A stretch of 64,000 nucleotides of DNA from positions 30,504,001 to 30,568,000 of the forward strand of contig NC_042998.1 of assembly GCF_006345805.1 (NCBI RefSeq). The letters are read 5' to 3'. Shown here in pieces: positions 25,812 through 38,604 of the stretch; position 1 is the first letter of the stretch; the number at the start of each line of letters is the position of its first letter. The notes below the pieces were generated by a model. The model saw only the letters and a list, made by a program, of their open reading frames with translations. It was not told the DNA's origin and searched no databases. The translations under genes were made by a program, and so were the position numbers. The DNA is from Octopus sinensis. Its lineage: Eukaryota.

Positions 25812-25852
<41 letters not shown>

Positions 25853-25864
25853 TGTGTGTGTGTA

Positions 25865-25901
<37 letters not shown>
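25488..25901. repeat. Compound (TA)/(TG) microsatellite
   Basis: Direct inspection. Confidence 0.95.
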
Positions 25902-25903
<2 letters not shown>

Positions 25904-26524
25904 GATGATAAATACGAATGCTAATCTTTCAACATATTTTGTCAATGCTATACATGTTCCATGTGTGGAAGTGAAAGACGGAAAATAGGATATCTGTCTT
26001 CAATTTGAAATCTAGATTAGAACGAATTCTTTTGACAAAATCGTAAGAAAGTTATCCATATTGCACACATGCGTGCACGCACATATCCACACATGGACAC
26101 TTAACTTTAATTCAAATTTTCAACGTGTTTACTTTGGAACAGATTCTTAACAGAAACAGTAAATCGCATTGAAAACTTTTCTGAATCATTAGACCCGCTT
26201 CGTCTATGAATGATTTCATCTCTGAACGATATTATTTCACACACCAATAAATACATAGCAATTACATCATATCGCCGTTCATATAATTACACGTAATCAT
26301 GTTGAATTCACTTCAAATTATATTTACTTCATGAGATTTCAAAATCTTCGTCAAACGACTGACCCTTGGTCACTGAGCTGCAATGGAATTATATCCTTGT
26401 CCTGGTCACTGGTGAACGATAAAAATGTTGGAACCTCATGATATAAGTATGAATTCAAAATGATTTTTGGTACCTTCGTGTGCTACTAAATGTTGCTTTC
26501 ACAATGTGATTGCTTCTGTTTCAA

Positions 26525-26906
26525 TACTCTTTTACTTGTTTCAGTCATTTGACTGTGGCCATGACGGAGCACCGCCTTTAGTCGAGCAAATCGATCCCGG
26601 GACTTATTCTTTGTAAGCCTAGAACTTATTCTAACGGTCTCTTTTGCCGAACCGCTAGGCTACGGGGACGTAAACACACCAGCATCGGTTGTCAAGCGAT
26701 GTTAGGGGGACAAACACAGACACACAAACACACATATATACATATATACAACAGGCTTCTTTCAGTTTCCGTCAACCAAACCCACTCACAAGGGTTTGGC
26801 CGGCCTGTTGCTATAGTAGAAGACACTTGCCCAAGGTGCCACGCAGTGGGACTGAACCCGGAACCATGTGGTTGGTAAGCAAGCTACTTACCACACAGCC
26901 ACTCCT
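26525..26906 (-). mobile_element. SINE family B
   Basis: Reverse complement of the family B body. Confidence 0.9.
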
Positions 26907-26934
26907 TTAACAATTTCGACTCCAAAATTCATAT

Positions 26935-27138
26935 GGTTTCAAATTTTGGCACAAGGCTAGCATTCTCGAAAGAGGAGGTAGTCGATCGCAGTACTCAACT
27001 GATACTTATTTTATCGACTCCGAAAGAATGAAAGGCAAAGTCGACATCAGTGAAATTTGAACTCAGAACGCGAAGACGGGTGGAATATGGATGAGCATTT
27101 TACATGGAGGACTAGCGAGTCTGCCAACTTGCCGCTGC
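26935..27138 (-). mobile_element. SINE family A
   Basis: GAAAGGCAAAGTCGAC...AATTTGAACTC. Confidence 0.8.
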
Positions 27139-27467
27139 CACCAGGATAATTAACAAGAAAAAAAAAAAAGAAAGAAATATTATATATCGCTTCTTGGATA
27201 ATTACAGAGAAATCAGAATTCCGAAACATATCCATATTATCTTTCATATCTGCTGACAAAAATTCAATTAGTGTTAGCGTTGACTGTTTTATGGTTTCTT
27301 TGTTATTTCAACTTAGCATTTTAATGCTCGATGCAATAAATATTATAAAGTATGTTATCTATATGTGATTTCATTTCTTTTTGTTCTGATTCAAATCACT
27401 CCTGGTTCGATGCTTCCTTCTTCATATGAATGTTTATGAAATAAGTAAAAAAAAAAAAAAAGAACTT

Positions 27468-27750
27468 CTTAGGTTATCAATGATCATGGGATTGAACCTA
27501 GAAAGTTCCCCTCCGAGGCACAAGTCCAGCAGTCGCCCATGCACATCAACCTTCCCTCTTCACGCCACTGATATTATCCAAGCGAAAGGCGAAGGACGAT
27601 ACAGCTTGGCACCAGTGACCGCGCAACTCATTTCTACAGCCGAGTGAACTGGAGCAGCGTGAACTGAAGTGTCTTACTCAAGAACACAACATACAGCCAG
27701 CCCAGTGTGGGAATCGAACTTACTACTTCGTGATTGTGAGCCCGCCACAT
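27468..27750 (-). mobile_element. SINE family C
   Basis: Reverse complement of 10889-11146 plus a decayed head. Confidence 0.8.
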
Positions 27751-28040
27751 AGCCAAAACAAAACGTTGTTCTTTAGAGCAAGTGACACAGAACGGATTCC
27801 GCGAGTTGATATGAATGGCCATTAAAACCAGTGAGTCATAACGCACAGAAAAATTAAATAAGAAAACCGCTGTTCACTTTTTCCATTTGTTAGAAATAAC
27901 TGCGAAATCGCCCTCGAGTCATCTCTGCACCGTAAAGAATAACGGGCGCATTGGATGATACAGTACGAGACACATGTTATCTGAATAAAATATGTGAAGA
28001 TCATTATTTAAATGCCTTTTATTATAGGAATGCTTCAACA

Positions 28041-30470
28041 TAGAGACAGAACATTAAGTCACTTAAATAGAGACATATGAGGCAGGCAATAACGGCACTA
28101 GATATAGGCATTTATGGTAGTAAAATAGGCATTTATATCACTAACAAATAGGAATTTAAACATAGCATCTATTAGATACGTAGGTGTTTATAGCACTAAA
28201 AATTAGTATTGTGTAACGAAGAGGAAGTTTTGCAGAACGAGATACAGTGATGGGATCGTAAATATAGACATGCAACAGCGGTTAAGCCTGTTTATTTTTC
28301 AGTTGAAAGTGTTTATAACACAGGTGATAAAATAAAATTAGTCAAAACTGGAAATATTTATTATAGCGTTAAATAAGGTAACATAATTTTGTACTTTTTG
28401 ATTAATGGGATTTATAATCCATGTGAAAGAACGTTTTAGTAAGAAAACATATAGATAGAAAAGAGAAGACGCATTCTAAGAATAGAAATAAAATAAAACT
28501 AACCAAACAATGCTAAACAGAAGCAACCAAAAACGCTTGCATCACCGTCATTGCTATATTATTACAAGATGCCACTATAAAGCCTTTTTATGTTTTCACA
28601 GGTCAAATTCAACGTTCGATCTGGAAGCAGACGTTTTAGTTTTGAGTAAGACCTTTCAGCTTCGACTGATGTCAAAGGTACATGTTTAAAAGATGCTATG
28701 TCATTCGGCGAGAGCTGTCCAAACATTGTTTATTTGCCCCTTTAAGAACTTTTGTAATATCGTTAATCTGTTTTAGACCGGTATTGGCGTCAATGGTTTT
28801 TTTTTTAGCTGTGTCTGCCCCTCTCTCCGGGAGTACTCCTCATCTTTTCAATTGTGCTGTCAGACAAAGATAGAGCTTCTAACATAGAAATGTTCCGGTT
28901 TTATAATGTTAGTATAGTTTGTGGTAATGTTTGAAAATGTGCAACAATAAAGGAGAGATCGCTATGAACACTGGAATTACGAATCAAATTTCGGATAATA
29001 CGTGCAGAAAAAGCTTCTTCACTGTTTAATGCATTCAAACTTTCCTTTAGAGTATCAAATTTTTTTGGAATAATATACAGCATCCCATCTCGTGAGAACA
29101 GATTTCGGAGGTAAACTCAGTGTTTGTGCGTGTTTGCGGAAGTTCACACCTATATGGAGATTTAAGAAACATTTTCTTTACCATTTGCAATTAACCTATC
29201 AGCATCTGGAAATAGTAAACGTATTTCTTCGGCAATTCTCTACAATCCATGTATTAAACATGTTAACATGGATCATGCGAAGAAAAAGTACCTGTAATGG
29301 TTTAGCAGCCTTTTTCATATAAGGTACAGCATCTGTCACAAATAGTAACACATTGTCATACTTGAAACCATCAGCCCATAGTAATGCCAAGGAAGAAGTG
29401 AATAGTTGAGTGATAGTAGAACTATTAGTAGCAGTAAGAAAATCGGGCTTTTCTAACGTACCTACAATACCATTCGCAAGGTATCTTCCTCAGTGGTGGA
29501 AAAGAAAGTTTTCACCAAATTCACGAATATAAGCAAATAGTTGGGCACTCTCTGTTCTTTTTTCTTTTGGTACGGGTTATGAATTACTTAACTTATTCTG
29601 TAAAATATATTTTAAACATCTGGAAAAGATAAAAGTAAAACTTTGTCGGGAAATGCGTTCTTTTAGAAAGAAGCACAAACGATACCTATTTCTTTACTAC
29701 CCACAAGGGGCTAAACGCAGAGAAGACAAACAAGAACAGACGAACGGATTAAGTCGATTATATCGACCCCAGTACGTAACTGGTACTTATTTAATCGACC
29801 CCGAAAGGATAGAAGGCAAAGTCGACCTCGGCGGAATTTGAACTCAGAACGTAGCGGCAGACGAAATACCTATTTCTTTACTGCCCACAAGGGGCTAAAC
29901 ACAGAAGGGGCAGACAAACGGATTAAGTCGATTATATCGACCCCAGTGCGTAACTGGTACTTATTTAATCGACCCCGAAAGGATGAAAGGCAAAGTCGAC
30001 ATCGGCGGAATTTGAACTCAGAACGTAGCGGCAGACGAAATACTGATAAGCATTTTGCCCGGCGTGCTAACGTTTCTGCCAGCTCGCCGTCTTAAAGCAC
30101 AAACGTTACCAGCCATGTTACCACTTCACTCCCCAAATTTGTTGAATTTAAATACGTTACGAATGCAAAATACGATTACAATATGAAAGCTTAAGAATTT
30201 TACAATATTTTCATTGCATAGTAAATGGAGCGCCATCTATAGGGGGAATCGGATACTATATACAAGAAATAGGGTCTAAGAGATGGCTTTTAAGGAAAAA
30301 AGCCGAAAGCTTTGCCTTTTTAATAATAAAAAATAACAAAAAACGTTTACCATAATTTTGGGGAAATATAAAACCTTAATAACATAAATCGACCTTTATG
30401 GCGTTATAAGCATTTATGATATTTAAGCGAAATAGGCATTTGAGGCATTTATGGCAAATGTCCGGTCTCA
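28041..30470 (-). mobile_element. hAT-like DNA transposon relic (DUF659/CGGBP-like transposase) with TIRs
   Basis: Minus: NVLLFVTDAVPYMKKAAKPLQVLFLRMIHV; LSLPPKSVLTRW; YYSKKFDTLKE. TIRs TAGAGACAGAACATT (28041) and AATGTCCGGTCTCAA (30457) match at 12/15. AAATAGGCATTT subterminal motifs occur at both ends. Confidence 0.75.
29680..30093 (-). mobile_element. SINE family A, dimeric, nested in the hAT-like element
   Basis: Two tandem ~180-bp units plus head. Confidence 0.9.
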
Positions 30471-31650
30471 ACTGATCAGTATTAGCTGGCGGCTAAACAC
30501 CACAAAATTCGTAACCTCCTACCACACCTAAAGTAACTTCAGCAGTAACAGTTATAGTAGAGAATTAATCATTTGGTTTTTGTTATTTTTTGTAAAGCAC
30601 ATTGATTTATTACAGATATATTCTAATTTCAATAATTGTAGTATTTGCTGTAATTGTTTTTGATAACAGTGCAGCTTATTGCGTCACAATTAGATTAGAA
30701 CGGTATTTTGATCTCAGCATCTAAAATGAAATCAGACTGACTAGTCTCAGTATTTACAAGTATAGCCTATTGTTCTACAGTCGAGATTAACAGTGATAAG
30801 CATAATTAATTTTCCGTTACATAATATACTACCATTCCTGTAAACTTAAAAATCTGACGAAATAGATTTCAATACAATACATTCATATGTGTATATATTC
30901 ATGTCATAAAACTCCTATTTTGATCTTTGGTAACATGGGTATTGAGTTGAATCTACTGTAATGGTCATAGCATATTATATTTGAAATATTTATGCAGTGT
31001 AAGAGATTTTCTACCTGATTTTTCAGGTTTTCATGTCTGGCAATAATTAAAACTTGATCTATTGACATTTATACGTATTTCTCAGGCCACAGAAATGTGC
31101 GTGCAATTTTTTACTTAGTTTTGTTAAGCTACACAAGCCCTCATTCTGAAACGCACAAGATATTCGGCATACGTTATAGAAAGTTCTAGTCAACAATCAT
31201 TACAGATAGAACTCACGAAGCTGTACATGTCAGAAAAGTATGCAAAATCTTCCCTAATAAAAATCTTTTTTCCCCGCAGAGAATTAAATAATACTAATTT
31301 TTTTATTTGATTCTCTGTCTGAAGAATTTCTAATAAGAAATTCCTTACATATGATTCCTATTCGCAAATAAAGCATTTGCAATGGTTAGTAAATAATACT
31401 CAATTTTGTTTTCCTAAATCCTGTTTTATTACATAATAACTCTGCAAACATTATTTCCAAAATTTTCAATTCTAATATGTATTTTCAATTCTAATATCAA
31501 TACAACAACGGCAGTAAATATCGACTGGATTACAATACAGAAATAAGCAAATGCGTTTCAAGAGAACCCAACCGCGATTTTACCTACCAATATTACACAC
31601 ACACACACACACACATGTATATATGTATGTATGTATATATATATATACTA

Positions 31651-32029
31651 CTCTTTTTTTCTGTGTTTTCTTGTTTGGATTAACTTTATATACTGCACGC
31701 TCACACGGATACCGAGCGCCTTGGATACCAATTCCTGGATTTTTACACCTATGGATTACTGTTACCATCCTTCCGGAGTACGCCACTGAAATCGTGATTG
31801 GAAATCAAAAAAATCTGTCCGTGACTCTTATTTAACTTTCTCCTGAACTTATCTCCCTGTACTTTTCCTTCTTGGGATCTTTCCTACTCCTTGTTTCCGA
31901 CGAAGAGCTCCGCTCGAAACGTTAAACCCTCCTTCCCTTCTTTCCTGAGCGTCAATAATACTTTAATTGTTCCACGTCCTGCGTTGCTGTGTTTTTTTTC
32001 TCTTTTTTTCTGTGTTTTCTTGTTTGGAT

Positions 32030-32034
<5 letters not shown>
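31651..32034 (+). mobile_element. 349-bp hammerhead-containing unit with identical 35-bp terminal direct repeat, between TA-rich tracts
   Basis: CTCTTTTTTTCTGTGTTTTCTTGTTTGGATTAACT at 31651-31685 and 32000-32034. Confidence 0.85.
31893..31927 (+). ncRNA. Minimal type I hammerhead (U4 to C variant)
   Basis: GTTT CCGACGA A GAGC tcc GCTC GAAAC GTT AAAC. Confidence 0.75.
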
Positions 32035-32066
<32 letters not shown>

Positions 32067-32118
32067 TATTCAGGATATTATAACACATATATTTATACAA
32101 ATACACACACACACACAC

Positions 32119-32203
<85 letters not shown>

Positions 32204-32429
32204 ATATATATAGATACGTACTTTAATTGGGTAGGTTTCCAAAAAGGATTTGTAACGTTGATACTTCATACTTTGCTGAGAGTTTAGTGGTGTAAATGGG
32301 TGTAGATATGAAAAGTATTATTAATGTTTTAAGTATATTATTAATTTATAGAATGTAGTTCTACAAATCCAATCATATTTGTCATAAATGTAGGAGATAA
32401 GATCTTAAAATTTCAAAGAAATTCATTCA

Positions 32430-32502
32430 TGCATACAATCGTTTCGTACATAGATATAAATTTATTTTAGAATTTGCAAATATCAAAATACTCATCAGTG
32501 CA
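32430..32502 (-). ncRNA. Type I hammerhead ribozyme, canonical core
   Basis: Minus: TGCA CTGATGA GTA..GATAT..ATATC..TAC GAAAC gatt GTA TGCA. Canonical G10.1-C11.1 pair and GUA triplet. Confidence 0.8.
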
Positions 32503-33673
32503 GAAAAAATAAGAGGGACTTAAAAATAGTGTAGAGACGTTACATCTATGAGTTTCATGTTTATCTGTTTCATGTTTATCCTACCCATGCGTGATATTGA
32601 TGGGAGTCATGTCAATTATTAAACCACAATTAACTGACATAGTATTATGTAGGTATGTGTACAACTATATAGGTTCTTTGTATATAATAGTACCTCCCAA
32701 CCACTTTAGTAGATGTAATACACATATTATCGTAATGTTGGTGTATGATAAAATCTGTGTCCTTTTTCGTCCATACACCCTCCCTGTGTTTATATACAAA
32801 CAAGTATTTACATTAATTCAGCAAGAATTATATTCTTGACATAACTTTTTATGTATATAAAAAGTATTCCTTTTGTATAATATTATCCCACATTTTCAAT
32901 ACCTTTATCATTAGTCTCTCTCTTATTTTTTAGCATTCCCTTCACTCCAAATATCCTATATTTACTCATTACGCCTTACTTATCTCCCCTACACTAGACT
33001 AATTTCGTTTCCTTTTCACCCTCTCCAAGTTATTACCTTATAGCTTCTATATATTTCTCTTCTTACTATATCTCCTAAAATGTACTTTTTTTCACTCTCT
33101 CTCTTCTTAACAATAGACTTCGTACATATAACACAACTTTAATCGTCATATTTGCAACTGATTTACCATATTTCCTCATTTTCTCCTTTATTATCTTCCA
33201 TGTTACCTTAATACGGATTTTGATTGAGCAAGAGTCATTAATACACTTCCACTTATTTCTTTTTAATTCCTCCTACTCCTCCCCGTATATTTTGATAAAT
33301 AACTACATAAACTTTCGAGTATAAGCTTTACAAACATAATTTTTTTACGCTAAACTTTCTTCTTTTTATGATTAAAAAAAATACAAAGTATTATTTTCAA
33401 CGGTTAGATTTAATTTACATAAGGTAACATTTTCTCAATGAGCATTTCTCTAACTCGCCCTATACTGCATATATGGAGCTATAATTAGCCAATGTATAGA
33501 GAAAAATTATCGATATCTCTATATTTATATCATGCCCTAACCGTCGATATGTTAATTGTGGTTTAATAAATGACGCGACTCCCATCTCTATCACACAGGG
33601 TAGGAACAGATAAACATGAAACTCATAGATCCAACTTCTCTGCACACTTTTTAAGCTCATGCAATTTTTTATC

Positions 33674-33746
33674 TGCGCTGATGAGTGCTTTAATATTTGC
33701 AAATTCTAAAATGAATTTATATCTATGTCCGAAACGATTGTATGCA
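33674..33746 (+). ncRNA. Type I hammerhead, paralogue of 32430-32502
   Basis: TGCG CTGATGA GTG...TCC GAAAC gatt GTA TGCA; stem II is weakened. Confidence 0.7.
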
Positions 33747-34169
33747 TGAATAAACTTCTTACAACTTAACATCTTAAATCCTCCGTTTTTTGACAAATAT
33801 GATTGAATTTGTAAAAATTCATTCTATAAATTAATCATACACTTAATAAATATTTATTTTATGTATATATATATGTGTGTGTGTGTATGTGTGTGTGTGT
33901 GTGTGTGCGTGTACGTATATATATGTATATAAAGAAGAGCTGTCTGTATAACATCCCACATAGAATGTTTAGGGTCTTTTTATCCGCCTTTACGTTCTGA
34001 GCTTGAATTCTGCCGAGAAAGATTTGCCTTTCATCCTTTTGGGGCAGAGAAGATAAGTACCAATTTAGTAGTAGTGTTGATGAAATCAACATGCCCGCTT
34101 CTTCAAACTTGCTTTCCTCGTCCCAAAATTCGAAACCATTGCATGTTTTTCATGAAACACCAGGTTAAC

Positions 34170-35296
34170 TCAGCAAATGAAAAGGCACGCTGCAGTCTTT
34201 GTCTTAAAAGCACAGTACAGTGATACAGAGATAGCTCGATTCCTGAGAGTTGCCCGATTCTTTGCTGTCGAGTTCAAAAAAAATTAGAAACTGCTGACGG
34301 GAACCCAAAATCAGCGGCTAAATGCAAAGCGCATGTACAAGCTCCTAATACCAACAAAACACATAACTTTGTAAAAGAAGAGGTCACGATAATCAATCGG
34401 TAAAAGCCTTTAGAGAATCAATTACGTCCATGGCGAAGGAAATCAGAAGAGTTGTGCATGAGGAAATCCGGTACAAGTCGTATGTAATGTGGATGTGGTC
34501 AGTTTAAGTTGGATGTAACAAGAGTGAATCATTTGGGCCATGAAAACCGCTTCCTAAACAAGTTAAAGCACCAAGAGGTTGGAATGCTTTGGTTTTTCTC
34601 CGGTAGGAAAAACTTCGTTGAAGGCCAAACGTTAAACAAAAAGAAGATTTTGCAGAGACCCGAATGAGATTACAACACCTATACATACTAAATTCTTTGC
34701 AGCAGTAATGGTTCTAAAAGCCGTTAGCAAAGTTTTGATGTCATATCTCCTCAACTTTATCTACAGAGCATAACACACCACACCACTGTCTACACAGTGG
34801 TGTTAGGGAAAGTTGTGATCCCTTGTATATATAGAATACAGAACAGAAGGCTCTACGTCTTCTCACAAGATCCTGTGACGTCTCTGAAACCAAGAACAAC
34901 CTAGATGTGGATGCGTTCCAGTCCCCATGCTCATGTTCCCCCAGACACAGGGCCTCCTGGCTCACCATATCTCAATCAACTGGACTATTACGGATAGGGC
35001 GTAGTCGAGTGGAAGGTCAATCAACACCCACTTAACATCATATTATCTCTCATGTCTGCCGTAACCTGCACAAAGTCCAAAGTTAATAAAAATCATCTGA
35101 TTCGTGAATGTCGACGCTTCTGACACCGTATCGAAGCAGCCATTCGTTGCTAACAGTGGATTCATTGAATAGGTGTGATAAAAGGTTTCTCAAGATCATT
35201 TGTACCAATATGTTTTGAAATACAGATTTTCTTTGATGAACTGTCTTTTCCTCAATTCAGAGAAATGACCTCAAAACAAATCTAACGCACCCTGTA
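34170..35296 (+). pseudogene. Near-full-length DD37D (maT) transposase relic with 3' TIR
   Basis: QQMKRHAA..; IRRVVHEEIRYKSY; MLWFFSGRKNF; YVFSQDP...NQLDYY with 37 residues counted between the second and third D; HLIRECRRF*HRIEAA. Ends GCACCCTG-TA. Confidence 0.9.
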
Positions 35297-35814
35297 TATA
35301 CATACACATATACACACATACATAGGCATATATAAACGCACGCACACATGTATGTCTATATATGCATACGTATATACGTCAAAAAACATATAATTTTAAG
35401 CTCCATTTTTCCTGACAGGAATCGTAAAGTAAATTATATACACGGCTGATAAGGGACGTGCTCAAGTTAAAAACGAAACAAAAGACAAACTTAGCGGTTA
35501 AGAAATAAACAACATAACTGTCCATACAACTTCAGATCATCCCTATATATTCACACCGTAGTATATAAATACATATTAAATACCGGAGTGTTTGACACAC
35601 AAAACCCGAAGGTATATAGATATACATATATATACACGTATAAAAAAAACGTGTGAAAACCTGTAAAAAGCGTATGAAAAAATATATATGAATGTATATA
35701 GCGAGGCAATTAAAATAATATAGTTAGACTATTCAGCGTAAAATGAGTCCGGGATAAAATCCATCGTCAAGTCTAAAATAAGAGTGAATCAAGAATAACG
35801 TAATTATAAATCCA

Positions 35815-35897
35815 CGTCTACGGCCGTTTCCAGAGCCACTGCCCCAATCCATTACATATTAAAGCTCCAAATGGGCAGTGGCCCCTTCATCAGGACA
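35815..35897 (-). ncRNA. Type I hammerhead ribozyme with long stem II
   Basis: Minus: TGTC CTGATGA A GGGGCCACTGCCC..GGGCAGTGGCTCT G GAA ACGGCCGT A GACG. 13-bp stem II, palindromic stem III, GUA triplet. Confidence 0.85.
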
Positions 35898-36426
35898 AAA
35901 ATTATATCATCATGAGTGCGATTTCCCGTTCTGGTAATCCATCATTATTATTACAAGAAAATAAGGTACACTTATACAGAGTGTGTCCTCCGTTACCCGG
36001 GAATGTGCCTCTTCTTCTGCGCTTCCCGTCACTGCATGCCATAATCTTCGTTGCTCACCTCTCCTAAAATTATCATGTTTGCTAGAACCTTAGTGCAAAT
36101 AATTTTGGAGATATCAGAATGATTCTCACACTGTTATTATTCCTGTTAAGCTTTTGGTGTTGCTCGAAGGTTTTCTCAGCAGAGAAGAGAGTATGCCACG
36201 TTCGTGATTGTTGTCTTTTAAGCAACCGCCTGGCACAGATCAAAGTGGTTCTCCAGGGTCTTTGCAGACCAGAATTGGTCTCTCCTCAGTACATACGATA
36301 TGAATCGAATGCTGCCACTGACCACAAATTCAGATAGTTCGATTGACGATAATGTGTTGAATCTGTCGATCGAATTGAGGCGTTATTATACAGTCCAAAC
36401 GTACGGAACTCTTTCGCATTTTTGAT

Positions 36427-36558
36427 ATACATACATACATACATACATACATACATACATACATACATACATACATGCATACATGCATGCATACATACAT
36501 ACATACATACATACATACATACATACATACATACATACATACATACATACATACATAC
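36427..36558. repeat. (CATA)n microsatellite
   Basis: Direct inspection. Confidence 0.95.
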
Positions 36559-38196
36559 GTGTGTGAGTCTGTTTCTGTTTATATTCACAGTTAGATATAA
36601 AAGAAAAGAAAAAGATTTGCGTTGCCCGACTCTTGATTAATCGCTCAAAAAATAAAATCTAAGAAAAGATTATATAAAACAAGAAATATTTAAACGGAGA
36701 ATGAAAAAACGAATGAATAGCGTCTAAAAAGAGGGAAAGTGTGAATGAAATATAGGAAGAAAGAAAATTATAAGACAATGATAAATTGATAAAAACAAAT
36801 GTAGAATATGGAAAAGAACAGAGAGCAGACGAAGGTGTATAGATGGTGTGAAAGAAATGAATTATAGGCAATGGGCAGACTTTAACGAAAACAAAATACG
36901 TTGAATAATATTTGAGGTCCGGGAAAAGGGAAAAGGAGAAAAAATGAAAGACAGATAGGAATAGAAACAAAAGAAGTTAGGTAATAAATAATAGAAATAC
37001 GGATATAATATATCGGGAAAGAGACACAGGGAGCAAGATATATTGACAAGTGGTGGAGAAAAATATTGAGGACATTAATGTATGTATGTGTGTATATATG
37101 TGTGCTTGCATGTATGTATATATAAAGAGAGAAAAACGGGTGAGAAAGTTGGTAGTTTTGCAAGGAAAAAATAAGTGCCTGAACATACTATATCAATGTA
37201 AGACAGCCAAAACTTATTGAAACATTGCGTTGTGTAAGCAATTTCTATCATGCTTTTAATGCTGTTTGTTATTTTCTCTTTAACTGATAACTGCCGAAGG
37301 GAAATTATTGACTGTTCTGCCTCTCTGCATATGTGTATGCCATATGGCTGTGTGTGCCTGATTATGTAAATTTGTGGGATTACGTGTGTGTTCCTTTTGT
37401 TTAATTCCAGATTAACCGTCATCGACCGGTTAATCTGGAGTTAAACAGAAGCAATGTTCAAAGGCTATCTATCTTTGACCATAGCGATATTGTCTAGTAT
37501 ATTCTTTGACATTAAAGCTGTTTGGGCGTCATTTGATTAAGATATAGCAGCCCTTAATAGTAGCTAGAATCACTGCTTTGAGACTATTTCGTTGAGTCGT
37601 CTGTTTATAGGGATTATTTAACACTACTGGCAAAATCAAATGTTCACAATAATGAAATCGTTACTTTGATTCTCATGTTGAACAATAGCGCTCAAATGTA
37701 TTCGAACAAAGACATGTATCAACTAAATTCTTGTAAGCGAAGTTGGGTGGATAAAAATGTGGAGGTGCAGATCGTAAATGTCATTGAAAGGACTAGATTT
37801 ATGAGACGCAATGTTAGCCGAAATTTTCCAAGAACATTCCGTGAATTTAACTCTCCCTTATATTAAATCAATTAGGATAATGGTGAAGGAACCTGTCGCA
37901 CTTTATATAGACACGTCTGAGTTTTTTATGAAGTGGAAACCAAAGAAGAAAGAGACAGCACGCGAAAGAGAAAGGATGAGAAACTGCGAGAAAATTAAGT
38001 ATGAGGAAATTATGAAAAGTGAAAGATATAGTAATGCTTTTAAAACAGAGGTAAAGAATGGTACGCGAGATAGTTTCCAGAAACCTCCTTTGAGAAACAA
38101 ACTATTCTACATTTGTTATAGAAATTGTTATTGTATGAATAAGCTGTATATTTTCGGTTTATAGACAATGTGTATATTTTTTTCAATTTGACAAAA

Positions 38197-38604
38197 TAGG
38201 CGCAGGAGTGGCTGTGTGGTAAGTAGCTTGCTTACGAACCACATGGTTCTGGGTTCAGTTCCACTGCGTGGCACCTTGGGCAAGTCTCTTCTACTATAGC
38301 CTCGGGCCGACCAAAGTCTTGTGAGTGGATTTGATAGACGGAAACTGAAAGAAGCTTGTCGTATATATGTATATATATGTATGTGTGTGTATATGTTTGT
38401 GTCTGTTTGTCCCCCCCAACATCGCTTGACAACCGGTGCTGGTGTGTTTATGTCCTCGTAACTTAGCGGTTCAGCAAAAGAGGCCGATCGAATAAGTACT
38501 AGGATTACAAAGAATAAGTCCTGGGGTCGATTTGCTCGACTAAAAGCGTTGCTCCAGCATGTCCGCAGTCAAATGACTGAAACAAGCGAAAGAGTAAAAG
38601 AGTA
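38197..38604 (+). mobile_element. SINE family B
   Basis: Colinear with 22776-23191. Confidence 0.9.

Larger units (their letters stand above)
32325..33855. repeat. Diverged inverted repeat with ~320-bp arms and ~900-bp pyrimidine-rich spacer; one hammerhead per arm
   Basis: 32325-32645 aligns to the reverse complement of 33540-33855 (e.g. CATTCATGCATACAATCGTTTCG, GATCTATGAGTTTCATGTTTATCTGTT, ATTAAACCACAATTAAC). Confidence 0.85.

Noticed and set aside
31318-31350. CTGAAGA followed by a hairpin
   Set aside because: The GAAA is consumed by the hairpin; no valid core or stem I.
36240-36310. Minus-strand CTGAGGA + hairpin, alternatively Y*GET
   Set aside because: GCAAA instead of GAAA rules out a hammerhead. 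The GIY-YIG reading is too degenerate to call.
36650-37400. Purine-rich stretch with a possible GIY-YIG C-terminal remnant on the minus strand
   Set aside because: The similarity needs several frameshifts and is not supportable without a profile search.
37666-38164. Overlapping 66- and 117-aa ORFs
   Set aside because: No recognisable domain or splice context; low-complexity K/E-rich.
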